Positions 47,890 through 57,136 of a DNA stretch of 64,000 bases are shown here, one piece after another (position 1 is the stretch's first letter; every line of letters begins with the position of its first letter). The DNA is taken from sequence record NC_018835.1, one strand, 5' to 3'. Under the pieces are notes generated by a model. The model saw only the letters and a program-made list of their open reading frames with translations. It ran no database searches and had not been told where the DNA came from. The DNA comes from Escherichia phage NJ01. Made by a program: the position numbers and the translations under genes.

Positions 47890-49920
47890 TTAACCTCTAT
47901 TCAATGAACATTTAGGAGAATTACAATAAACTTGATTCATAGAACCAAGCGTACAACTTTCAGCATCGCGCCACGGAATCTGCTTAAAACACTCTGAGCA
48001 GTAGCCGAGGGTTGACCACATGGCTTTGGTGAAGTCAGTGCTTCGGTTTCCGTCGAAGCTGACAACAGTTTTGCGGAGAGCTGTTCGTGATTCAGGAAAC
48101 ACACCTGCTTTCTCAGCAGGTTCCTCCTTTTTTGGCTTAGTTGAGATTGCAAAAATACTGTTGCTACGTTTCTCAACATAAGCATCAACAACATCCTCCA
48201 GAGTGATGCCTGTCTGTTTCGCTGAGGAAGGTAATACAGTCATACGACCGATCATATCTTCAGTTACACGTAAAGCAAATTCAGGACGACGGGCGTTTGT
48301 TGTATCTGTTGCTTTAATCCAGACATAACCATCTTTGATCGTAGCATTAGATACCTTCTTCTTTACATCTACAGCGCAGACTTTACAGATATCTTCACCA
48401 CGAAGACGACTAAGTTCTTCATCGAACTCATTCTCCGTTTTAACTTCACCGCAGATTTCACAAACACCAATAGGAGTTTCCTCCTCTTCTTCATCTTTAG
48501 GTTTAGTCAAACCTTCCAGACATTCAGGGTGCCAGTAGCATTGATATGCGAAGACTGCTTTAGGTGCATCCTTCCAATCAATGTGTTTGTCACAACCACC
48601 GCAATCACCATGAGAGTGTGCTTCCCAGAATTTACGAGTGATAGTAACGCCATTCTTGTTGACGAAACTATCATTCATATCAAAAGGGATATCATCATCG
48701 AAGTCAGCAGTAGTAGACTCAGGCTCCTTTTTCTCCAGAGATGGGTCAACAAAACGACCTGCTGTGATTACTAAACGAACCATAGCATTAACTTCGGAGA
48801 TGCAGGATACTGTCCCACGGTAAACGATTTTAGGGTCTTTCAGGGCATCCTGATAAGCCTTAATGTCTACGTTATGAACATCGCCTTCAATATACTCTTG
48901 AGACTTCTCATCGTAGATATAACCAATCATCTTACCACGAGAAGGAACAGCACCAGCTGTTGCATAAGGAACAAACTCATGTGGTGTGATTTCCACAGTC
49001 ATGTCGCGGCGAATGTCAATGTTTCGATCGCTTGCGATTTTGTTTTGACTTACCACTGCGTTTCTTCGACGAACGTCTGCCGCTGTCACTCCCGGCTTCG
49101 TGTCGTAAGGATTGCTTGTACTGCTTTTTGAGGAACTTTGATAATTGCTTTGGCTGTAGTTGTTCGAGTAGTAATTGCCCCAACGATTGATTACCGTAAA
49201 AACCGGAAGCTCGTGGGCGACCTCTTCAACTAGAGTCATACTGTTGTTTGACATATCAAAGATATATTCTGTACCAACTTTACATTCAAAGTGCTCATCA
49301 ATTCGGTTTTTGTGAGACTTAGAACGCTTCAGAATCCACATCAACATGTCTTCTTCAGAAGCACCAAACCAATCTCTGTTACAACGTGCGAGATGGAAAG
49401 GACGCTCTTCATTACGGATGATATGAAGGCGGTTATCAGAAGCATCATGCCAGATTAAGGTGAAAGCACCATCCAGCTTTTGAATAGTCTCTGCTGCACC
49501 AATAGTGTTAATAGAGTGGCAGATGTTCTCACTGTCTACCTCGAAGTTTTTGCTGTCAGGTAACAGATCTTGGTCCATCAAGGTTCCATTATGAACCAGA
49601 GTGATGTTACCATGTTGGAAAGGATGGGCGTTCTTGGCGTTAACTGCACCTTTCGTTGCATGACGGCTGTGACCAACAATCCATGAAGGCGCTACAGTGT
49701 AAGCTGTTTCACCAGTGGTGTGTTTCTTGTACTCATCTTGAAGGATGAATGCGAAAGAAGGAAGTGCCTCTTTATAAGTGAAGACTTCCTTAGTGCTCTT
49801 ACGCTGACCAAAGATACCAGAGGAATGTTGCCCTCGGAATACCCCAGCATAAAAGAGTTGGTTAAATACGTCTAAATCAGTGCTTGACAGATTACCGCCA
49901 GCTAATACGATGCCACAAAT
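47890..49920 (-). CDS. class-II (Ntn) glutamine amidotransferase fused to Cys-rich zinc-ribbon C-terminal region; non-canonical start
   Basis: Frame open 676 codons; N-terminus (I)CGIVLAGG...FRGQHSSGIF...HSRHATKG matches PurF-type GATase; no ATG/GTG/TTG before Cys; track start 49581 is internal. Confidence 0.7.
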   Translation of the reverse strand: MCGIVLAGGNLSSTDLDVFNQLFYAGVFRGQHSSGIFGQRKSTKEVFTYKEALPSFAFILQDEYKKHTTGETAYTVAPSWIVGHSRHATKGAVNAKNAHPFQHGNITLVHNGTLMDQDLLPDSKNFEVDSENICHSINTIGAAETIQKLDGAFTLIWHDASDNRLHIIRNEERPFHLARCNRDWFGASEEDMLMWILKRSKSHKNRIDEHFECKVGTEYIFDMSNNSMTLVEEVAHELPVFTVINRWGNYYSNNYSQSNYQSSSKSSTSNPYDTKPGVTAADVRRRNAVVSQNKIASDRNIDIRRDMTVEITPHEFVPYATAGAVPSRGKMIGYIYDEKSQEYIEGDVHNVDIKAYQDALKDPKIVYRGTVSCISEVNAMVRLVITAGRFVDPSLEKKEPESTTADFDDDIPFDMNDSFVNKNGVTITRKFWEAHSHGDCGGCDKHIDWKDAPKAVFAYQCYWHPECLEGLTKPKDEEEEETPIGVCEICGEVKTENEFDEELSRLRGEDICKVCAVDVKKKVSNATIKDGYVWIKATDTTNARRPEFALRVTEDMIGRMTVLPSSAKQTGITLEDVVDAYVEKRSNSIFAISTKPKKEEPAEKAGVFPESRTALRKTVVSFDGNRSTDFTKAMWSTLGYCSECFKQIPWRDAESCTLGSMNQVYCNSPKCSLNRG

Positions 49921-49999
49921 TTTCTAATCCACCTGAAGGGTAAACCCTTTCATCTAATTAACCTTTAAATTGTGCCCCTTTGTCAGAGGCACCCATTGA

Positions 50000-51103
50000 T
50001 TACAGCGCTTGCTCTAACTGATTTTCCAGATGATCTGGAATGTACCCTGTGATGTTGTTATCACTGTGGCCTGACTCACGTAGCAAGTCAAAAATAGCAC
50101 GGATACGTTGCTCTGGTGCAGATCGTACAGTAGATAGATCAGTTGTACGAAGCATAACCAGAATCTCTTGGTACAAGTTATTAGCGTTCCCTCGAACATA
50201 TCCAAGGAATCCATAGAAGTCTGTGATAAGACGTAGGTCAACAAGAACTTCTCCGTTGGAGTTGGTTCGACGTAAACGAATACGACCAGACTGCTCTACT
50301 TCATGAGAACGACAATACAAAACATCACGGGCCATACAATACCCTGAATGCAAATCCGATTCGTCCAGATTGTAATCCAGAGGAAGGTAAGGAAGCATTG
50401 GGGCAAATCGTACAGTATTTAAATGCTCAATAAACTGATCATTGCTCATCTCTGCGTTATCTAATGCAAGCTTCTTCAACATCAAGAAGCGGTTAACCAG
50501 ATTGAGAAGTTGACCACGTTTCCACTTAGGCTCACTGATACGGAACTCGATCGAACCGTATTGGGCAAGTGGCAGAAGGTTCAGAGATGTATATTTATCC
50601 CATGAACGAACCAGACGGTTGAAGAACTCTTCATCGTCGTAGTTAAATGCGTCAGAGGCATTCATTACCTGTGCTTGTACCACTGCGAAAGCAGGGCAGA
50701 AGTTGCTACGGTAACGATGGTAGCCTGAACACTTGAACAACATCTTTTCATAGAAGGTCCAAGCGAGAATGGTTTTCTTGAGGATATTACTATCAGCATC
50801 CCTCATATCCATATGAACGTGAGTAGAGCAACGCCAAGTCCCCTCGGCGTGCGATTCAGCTACTGCTTCACTCAGGTTGTTGATAGCGTCTAACAACTCC
50901 TGTCCGTTGTAAGGTCGTGAACATACCATTTCACAACCATTACGCAGGGAACCATCCTCTGTACAATCCCACATATCTGCTTCGATATGATCGGAACCTT
51001 CGAGTTCAAGTTCAATACCGACACCGCACTGAAGTGCAATTGAACTATGCGCCTCAGTTAAACGACCTTCTCGATATCCAAAAGTTTGCGCTACAGTTGT
51101 CAT
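50000..51103 (-). CDS. GCS2/YbdK-type carboxylate-amine ligase (amidoligase)
   Basis: 367 aa; N-terminal GVGIELELEG and later THVHMDM resemble YbdK GIELE / HVHVG motifs (from memory). Confidence 0.6.
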   Translation of the reverse strand: MTTVAQTFGYREGRLTEAHSSIALQCGVGIELELEGSDHIEADMWDCTEDGSLRNGCEMVCSRPYNGQELLDAINNLSEAVAESHAEGTWRCSTHVHMDMRDADSNILKKTILAWTFYEKMLFKCSGYHRYRSNFCPAFAVVQAQVMNASDAFNYDDEEFFNRLVRSWDKYTSLNLLPLAQYGSIEFRISEPKWKRGQLLNLVNRFLMLKKLALDNAEMSNDQFIEHLNTVRFAPMLPYLPLDYNLDESDLHSGYCMARDVLYCRSHEVEQSGRIRLRRTNSNGEVLVDLRLITDFYGFLGYVRGNANNLYQEILVMLRTTDLSTVRSAPEQRIRAIFDLLRESGHSDNNITGYIPDHLENQLEQAL

Positions 51104-51717
51104 AACGAATCCACCAACGTAATATTGTAATTGCTAAGGTTTTCAGAAATGTGATGAAAGTGTTCCAGAAGTCGCATCGGTTGCTGACCGTAAGAGTCAC
51201 GAGGCGCTTCCAGATCTACTTGTCCTACCAGTGCACCTTTATAATGCACCTTACCATCAGTAGGGTTGATGTAAATATAACGAGTGACCAATCCTTCGAA
51301 TTCAGGATTGAACAGACTGTAAACCATCTCCCCGGAGATAGCACGACCAACACCCGGAGCATTTCGAATCTTGTTACCCATCAAACCCTTTGCTCTCTGA
51401 CGAACAGGGTTAATATGAGTCCAGCTTACAGTGTTACCGTTATGGAACAGATAACCAACATCAGGTGATTCAAGAATCAAGGTTGGGTCGAACACTGGAA
51501 TATTCATTGTAGTGTTTCGAAGATTCCCTTGCTCGTTCTTGTACCACTGCTCTACAACAAAGTATAGAGCCTGTTCTGCTTCGTGAGAGAAGTCATCACT
51601 GCGGAAGTTACCGCTCTGCTCAACACCAATCACAAAACACGGAAGGTTGATATTACCTGCTCGTTTAGCAATCCATGTACCATTATAGTAATGAGAAAAA
51701 TCAGCTACTAAGCTCAC
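51100..51717 (-). CDS. hypothetical protein of amidoligase operon
   Basis: 205 aa; ATGA overlap with downstream ligase gene. Confidence 0.45.
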   Translation of the reverse strand: MSLVADFSHYYNGTWIAKRAGNINLPCFVIGVEQSGNFRSDDFSHEAEQALYFVVEQWYKNEQGNLRNTTMNIPVFDPTLILESPDVGYLFHNGNTVSWTHINPVRQRAKGLMGNKIRNAPGVGRAISGEMVYSLFNPEFEGLVTRYIYINPTDGKVHYKGALVGQVDLEAPRDSYGQQPMRLLEHFHHISENLSNYNITLVDSL

Positions 51718-51726
51718 GATAACCTC

Positions 51727-52533
51727 TTATGCTACCTGAAGGAGTTTGATCTGCTGGTCCGCTTCTTTAACGTTGTTGCCGTTAATGATTTCATGAAGCT
51801 TCTCAATCGGAAGGCGAGAGTGTAATGCCATCAGAGTGGACATATCACACTGCTGAACAACTTTGTCAACCTGATCATAAACAAACTTACGATTTTCACG
51901 ATCACTAATCCAGAAGTTAGACAGTGAACGATATTCAATACCATAATCTTTATAACGGATTGCAGATGCTTTACCGTAGAGTTCTTTACGGCGAGTATCT
52001 TTATCCATAATAACTGCTGGAAGGGACAGGAAGTAGTCACACAGCACACCCAACATCATCTGAGTTTGCAGGGTGATATCCAAAGCACCAACTACGCCAA
52101 GATGTACGTGACCACCGGCAGTACGAAGTCCCTTATTCTGAGAAGTCGGGGATGGATTCTTCTGACCAGTGAAAGCGTTGAAATCAGGAGTACATCCGAA
52201 GATGAACGCTGATTCATTGAAAGTCTTCATCTCTTCTTCAGTGAAGATGTGAGAGCTAACACCCGGAGATGTTTCCATGTCCAGTTTGTTCAGGACATTG
52301 TTGGTGAGATCGATACCACGTTGCATGTTATCGTTAAACGCGTCAAAGCCGCTCTGTGGGTCGATATCAAACTCAGCCAGTACGTTGTCCTCTTGAAGAC
52401 GAACATCCTTAGCCAGAGTGATCTTATCGTCCTTAGAACAACCTAACAGACCAGCTACAGAGGTGATGATGCCATTGCTGGTACGAACGAACATCTCGGG
52501 ATCACTCCCAATAAGGAATTTGCGCTTAGTCAT
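51727..52533 (-). CDS. divergent GCS2-like carboxylate-amine ligase (second amidoligase)
   Basis: 268 aa; N-terminal IGSDPEMF and GGHVHLGV motifs parallel the Glu-rich strand and HVH motif of GCS2-type ligases. Confidence 0.45.
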   Translation of the reverse strand: MTKRKFLIGSDPEMFVRTSNGIITSVAGLLGCSKDDKITLAKDVRLQEDNVLAEFDIDPQSGFDAFNDNMQRGIDLTNNVLNKLDMETSPGVSSHIFTEEEMKTFNESAFIFGCTPDFNAFTGQKNPSPTSQNKGLRTAGGHVHLGVVGALDITLQTQMMLGVLCDYFLSLPAVIMDKDTRRKELYGKASAIRYKDYGIEYRSLSNFWISDRENRKFVYDQVDKVVQQCDMSTLMALHSRLPIEKLHEIINGNNVKEADQQIKLLQVA

Positions 52534-53497
52534 TGTAATACTCCACTAGTTCAGAAAAGAGAGATGAGATTGTGTTACCAACTTCTTCAGTAGTAAGGCC
52601 AGAGCTTGGGCCAGTACGCTGAATCAGTCGGGCTGTAAAGTTTTGTACTGTAATGTTTTCCAACTTATTGTCTATTGCTTCACGTTTGTGACCATGACAG
52701 TTGGACCAGAGTCTTAACCACTCTGACATTGTTTCATACTCGTCCGGGTCTTGATCTTTAGCACGAGCAAATCTTCGTAAGGCTTCTTGACTATGGTTAC
52801 GAACATAACCATTCTCGTTGTCACCAACACCGAAGGGGTTTTGAACCCATACTTGTTTCGTGTATTCATCAGAGTCTACAACCAAAGGAAGGAATGCTGC
52901 TGCTGACATATCGTTATTAACAACAATAGAGGTGCTCTCGCTACTCCCATTAGCTCTTCCTCGTTGAGACCACCCACCGAAGAAGTCACGACCCAACCCA
53001 GCTAACACTAGAGCGATTCCGATTCGTTTACGCTTCAGCCACTCTTCCCTGTCTTCAATTCCTTCTGCTAGGAAATCCATTCCACGATACTGCCCTTCCA
53101 GAATGCTACGGAAGAGCATAAGTCCTGTGAAGATCTGATCTGCTGGATGCTCACGGAGGTTGACAGCTACACTATTCGCTGAAGTGATTGTAAATACATC
53201 ACGATAGCAAGACATAGAGTTCATAATGTCTGCTGTTTCAACCAAGTTCTTTTCAATTTCAGATGGAACATGACCGTGAAAAGAGTGAGTCCAGTAATTC
53301 AACATCTCCAATTGCAAGTTGATATCACGGTTGAAGCGTCTATAACGCCCCTCTTCAGTGATAACTTCACCATTAATATCATTTACACACTGGCCTTGCA
53401 TATAGTTGTGGATACCGAAGCACCCACGACCTAAGAACTTCTGTTCCCCTAAATCTTGTTGAAGATTCAGAGGTACGATCGTTGTGGAGATTGACAT
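52526..53497 (-). CDS. hypothetical protein of amidoligase operon
   Basis: 323 aa; 8-nt overlap with downstream gene. Confidence 0.45.
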   Translation of the reverse strand: MSISTTIVPLNLQQDLGEQKFLGRGCFGIHNYMQGQCVNDINGEVITEEGRYRRFNRDINLQLEMLNYWTHSFHGHVPSEIEKNLVETADIMNSMSCYRDVFTITSANSVAVNLREHPADQIFTGLMLFRSILEGQYRGMDFLAEGIEDREEWLKRKRIGIALVLAGLGRDFFGGWSQRGRANGSSESTSIVVNNDMSAAAFLPLVVDSDEYTKQVWVQNPFGVGDNENGYVRNHSQEALRRFARAKDQDPDEYETMSEWLRLWSNCHGHKREAIDNKLENITVQNFTARLIQRTGPSSGLTTEEVGNTISSLFSELVEYYND

Positions 53498-53507
53498 AAC
53501 TAACCTT

Positions 53508-54701
53508 TTATTTTCCTAAAAATAATCCGCTCATAATACCATCCCACTCAGAGGATGGAATCACTGAATACACTGAACTTTGGTCCATAGTTCCACTACT
53601 AAATCGCTGAACAATGTTATAAATGTTGAACAGATCTTTAGTCTCAGCACGGATGCCGTAGATTAGACTATTAGCTGTTCTCTCATCTTTAGATACGCGA
53701 CGGGTAAAGTTAATCAGAAGGTTGTCACATTTCAGGATTTCTGATTCATTCTCTACTAAATCAGGGTGCATCACCGGCAAGAACATCGAGTTATTAACTC
53801 GTAATTCTGCTGTTTCATCATTCTCGTAATGAATCCACTTAAAGTCTTCATCACGGAAGTGACCACATCCATCTCTGTATGACTGTTGACGCCAAGGCAC
53901 TTGAAATGCTTCAGCATATTTATCAGCCATACCAACCGTAAACAACGACGCTGGGAAGATACAAGCATCCCAATCATTACCAACAAGAGTAGCTTTCGTT
54001 TCACCCAAGAGGTTAGTGTAAGTGCTAACCATTCGTGAGTAAACGTAAGCCTGAAGAATTGTCCAGCCTTCAACCAACCATTTATGAAGGAAGGTTTCAA
54101 CTTGACTCTCTTCATCATCACAATAGAAGGTTCGATCTAACATTAAATAGAACAGACAACGATCAGCAGGAACATTCTCAGTTGCTACACCCATAAAACC
54201 TTTTTCGTGCCAGCGTAAACAGGAGGGACGATCTTTGTCCACAAATGCTTCCATAGCTTCCAGTACAGCACGAGGTGAGGTTTGATACTCAGGGTTTTTA
54301 TCATTCCAGTGCTCAATGTTATTTTTAAGCTCGCCTTCGTGATCAATTGCACCCCAACATAAATCTGCGGATACAGGTTTTTCATCACGCCATCGTCTAA
54401 AACCTAACATCTTCATGTGAGTTCCGGAGTTCCAGATATGCTTGATTTTACACATATCCATCTCTCGGCTTAACAGGAACTCTTCCCCATCAGCACTACG
54501 AACGTTAGCTTCTTCATGCCACACTCGAACGTGCATATTCCATCCATGAGTTGCCTCATACATGTTAGGGTCGAAGTATTCATCTTCGTAATCATCTTCA
54601 TCAACGCCACCATTATAGTTGCGAAGCTGAAGGAACCCATAACAAGGAGGGTGGACCGTTAAAACATTACCTTCAGTATCTTCTAATGTTACTGGAAACA
54701 T
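53508..54701 (-). CDS. hypothetical protein of amidoligase operon
   Basis: 397 aa; no motif recognised. Confidence 0.45.
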   Translation of the reverse strand: MFPVTLEDTEGNVLTVHPPCYGFLQLRNYNGGVDEDDYEDEYFDPNMYEATHGWNMHVRVWHEEANVRSADGEEFLLSREMDMCKIKHIWNSGTHMKMLGFRRWRDEKPVSADLCWGAIDHEGELKNNIEHWNDKNPEYQTSPRAVLEAMEAFVDKDRPSCLRWHEKGFMGVATENVPADRCLFYLMLDRTFYCDDEESQVETFLHKWLVEGWTILQAYVYSRMVSTYTNLLGETKATLVGNDWDACIFPASLFTVGMADKYAEAFQVPWRQQSYRDGCGHFRDEDFKWIHYENDETAELRVNNSMFLPVMHPDLVENESEILKCDNLLINFTRRVSKDERTANSLIYGIRAETKDLFNIYNIVQRFSSGTMDQSSVYSVIPSSEWDGIMSGLFLGK

Positions 54702-54712
54702 TATACCAACCT

Positions 54713-55075
54713 CTATTGGTTTTTAATCAACTCAATTGACTTACGGATATAAAGAATATCTCGGAAGTTTCTGTAGTTGTTCATAAATTGGTGCTTCTGG
54801 AAAGTAGCTTCTTCCATAGCTTTCTTTGCATCTGCGTAGTTTTTACGGGCAAGATGTACAACCCGCTCTGGTAACGTATTTGCACGACGGATGATATACT
54901 TGTGAGCTTTCATGTTGCTTTGCTCACGAGCAATCTTACCTTTAGCAACTTTGATACCATTTGCAATCCAAGCAAGTTCTTGCTCAAGATCCTCGTTGGA
55001 CATTCCACCGAGATTTGATGCAACCTTGTTCAGAGTTTCAATATTAACGTTGCCCTTAATGGGACGTGTATTCAT
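54713..55075 (-). CDS. hypothetical protein
   Basis: 120 aa; SD AGGAG; coupled to upstream small membrane gene. Confidence 0.4.
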   Translation of the reverse strand: MNTRPIKGNVNIETLNKVASNLGGMSNEDLEQELAWIANGIKVAKGKIAREQSNMKAHKYIIRRANTLPERVVHLARKNYADAKKAMEEATFQKHQFMNNYRNFRDILYIRKSIELIKNQ

Positions 55076-55077
55076 AC

Positions 55078-55230
55078 TTACTCCTGTTGTTTACACTCGT
55101 CAATAACCCACTGATAAGTGGATTGCCCAGAAAAGAAACACTGAATAAATCCAGATGTTCTCTGCGTTACCAGTGCTAGTGCACAAATCACTATCGCTGC
55201 TGCTAGCAGTTTTAAATCTAATTTAGACAT
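55078..55230 (-). CDS. small membrane protein
   Basis: 50 aa, below track cutoff; SD GAGAGG; TMD LLAAAIVICALALV; first gene after leader terminator. Confidence 0.4.
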   Translation of the reverse strand: MSKLDLKLLAAAIVICALALVTQRTSGFIQCFFSGQSTYQWVIDECKQQE

Positions 55231-55243
55231 ATTTCCTCTCATT

Positions 55244-55274
55244 GAATTTAAAAAAGGACTCTCCGAAAAGAGTC
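55244..55274 (-). terminator. intrinsic terminator/attenuator (minus strand) in leader of amidoligase operon
   Basis: gactct-tttcgg-agagtc hairpin followed by CTTTTTTAAATT on minus strand, ~15 nt before SD. Confidence 0.55.
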
Positions 55275-55456
55275 AAGCTTTAAATCCAAAAAGATATTAC
55301 CCAATATCTGTGGATAACCTGCTCTTAAAATATCTATCCGACGGATGTTTGAGGAGTATTCCTCGCCCTAGCATCGGCCCCATACGGGAAATATATTAAG
55401 ATTAGGTTAGTTGAGTCAGAATAACTCATATAGCCCTCCGAAGAAGGCTATAGATG

Positions 55457-55924
55457 TTACTCTATCTTAACTGAAGGGCAGTACTTCTCTTTCTTGCTGC
55501 GATACATCACAACAATCCAGTTCGAATCACGACGTTGCTTTTTAAGTCGTTTCTTTTCGGCACGAATTTCGTATGTGCTATCTCGGCGATCTAGGAATTT
55601 ATCCCGCGCCTTAGTTGAAAGCCACGTTGTACCAATTATGAAACCGACTAGGCTTCCAGCAGCACCTAAACCAACCATAGGAGCAGCAAACCAAGTCCAC
55701 CATACAAACGTACCTGCTGTATCATGTCCTAGCAGTGCACCACCAATAAGGCTTAACGCTACATATACCATAGCGGATAGCACTATTAATATAGCAAAGT
55801 TTTGCACTGTTCGCCAGAAGTATTCACAGAAGTTGGTCATGTTGTCCCAATGATAATTGGGTAGGCTTGACATGGCTTTGTTGAATTTGTGCAACCAGCC
55901 GTTCTTGTTAACCTTGATCATCAC
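55457..55924 (-). CDS. membrane protein with several predicted TMDs
   Basis: 155 aa; hydrophobic stretches ILIVLSAMVYVALSLIGGALLG and WFAAPMVGLGAAGSLVGFIIG. Confidence 0.45.
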   Translation of the reverse strand: MMIKVNKNGWLHKFNKAMSSLPNYHWDNMTNFCEYFWRTVQNFAILIVLSAMVYVALSLIGGALLGHDTAGTFVWWTWFAAPMVGLGAAGSLVGFIIGTTWLSTKARDKFLDRRDSTYEIRAEKKRLKKQRRDSNWIVVMYRSKKEKYCPSVKIE

Positions 55925-56154
55925 TCACCTTTCTTGGCACGATCTTTGGCAGTTTTGCCAGTGCGGATACGATGGGAAACGTTAACCAGAGTACCACCAT
56001 CAACTACGGTAACGCTCTTGTTTTTAGCCAGATCAAACACAGTCTTCTCTGTGCCACCCAAGCGAATTTGCTTAGGCTCACTGAAGGTTTGGGTTGATTT
56101 AGATTGGAACTGGAACGGTTGACGGATTGCATCAATTGCGCTTACTTTAGACAT
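55921..56154 (-). CDS. hypothetical protein
   Basis: 77 aa ORF, 4-nt overlap with downstream gene. Confidence 0.35.
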   Translation of the reverse strand: MSKVSAIDAIRQPFQFQSKSTQTFSEPKQIRLGGTEKTVFDLAKNKSVTVVDGGTLVNVSHRIRTGKTAKDRAKKGE

Positions 56155-56386
56155 AGGGGAAATTCCTTAAAAATTATGGCTGCGTAGAGGGAATTCCCTA
56201 CGCAAATTGGGCCGCCCACAGAGAGGCGTCATAGTACTAAAAGGAGGAGAGAAGAGGGCTTATTTAGCTACCTTTTTCTGTCCGTTTACGAACCAGATAA
56301 TTGAACCGTCAGGCTGGCGTTGACCGAAACCTTTCTGGTTGATCATATCGTCATAAGAATATGCTTTTGTTTTCACTTACTTACCC

Positions 56387-56632
56387 TTACATTGGAGTTA
56401 AGATGATCTCTGCTTTGGCAAACTTCTCACCAACTTCGAGAGTATCAGCAACAGGACGAGGTACACCAGTACCCAAACAAACAGCCCTTCGGTACCCACC
56501 AGATACAGTCATCATCAAATAAATGACCTGATTATCATCTTCTTTTAAAGTAAAAATATCAGCGATTGATAAGTCTTTAACAAAGAGTTTCTTTTCTTCT
56601 TTGTGACGAACCTTAATATTAATAATGCTCAT
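56387..56632 (-). CDS. small protein, early-region paralog family (divergent member)
   Basis: 81 aa; motif VKDLSIADIFTL...VIYLMM...AVCLGTGVP. Confidence 0.4.
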   Translation of the reverse strand: MSIINIKVRHKEEKKLFVKDLSIADIFTLKEDDNQVIYLMMTVSGGYRRAVCLGTGVPRPVADTLEVGEKFAKAEIILTPM

Positions 56633-56634
56633 AC

Positions 56635-56880
56635 CTACTCCTGAACCACTGACATGCGAATCATCTCGACCTGATCGTCAAGACCTTTAACAGATAGCAC
56701 ACCTGTGGAAAGGTTTACCACAGGAACCCAACCACTGGCTATACGGATGTTACCAGAAGCATTTTCAACCCTCATGTAATACTGAGGAGAGGCACTTCCT
56801 ATCTGAACTACGAAAGGGTTTCCGGGAATGATCGTTTCCAACCGTACCGTATTATCCTTTTTCTTTGGGATGATCTTCAT
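56635..56880 (-). CDS. small protein, early-region paralog family
   Basis: 81 aa; motif LETIIPGNPFVV...YYMRV...VVNLSTGVL. Confidence 0.4.
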   Translation of the reverse strand: MKIIPKKKDNTVRLETIIPGNPFVVQIGSASPQYYMRVENASGNIRIASGWVPVVNLSTGVLSVKGLDDQVEMIRMSVVQE

Positions 56881-57128
56881 TATGTGTTATCCACCAAAAG
56901 TTCTGCTGACACAGGAATAACTCGACACCAAATAGAAGGTGCTGTTACGTTACCATCGGATAGACGAAGGGTGATTGCTCGATCAGAGTTGATGGTGACA
57001 TTTGGGCTTTCAGATACAGATCCCTTAACATACAGGGTTGTATTATCAGGGAACCTAAACACGGTCCCGCTGGGAAGTGAGTTGAGATCAACCGTGGTCA
57101 CTTCTTCTTTCTTGTGAGTAATCTTCAT
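56880..57128 (-). CDS. small protein, early-region paralog family
   Basis: 82 aa; motif VDLNSLPSGTVFRF...LYVKG. Confidence 0.4.
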   Translation of the reverse strand: MKITHKKEEVTTVDLNSLPSGTVFRFPDNTTLYVKGSVSESPNVTINSDRAITLRLSDGNVTAPSIWCRVIPVSAELLVDNT

Positions 57129-57136
57129 CTTGATTC

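Noticed and set aside
47890-49581. Track start (TTG at 49581) for the amidotransferase
   Set aside because: The catalytic N-terminal ~113 codons including the nucleophile Cys lie upstream in the same open frame; true start is near 49920.
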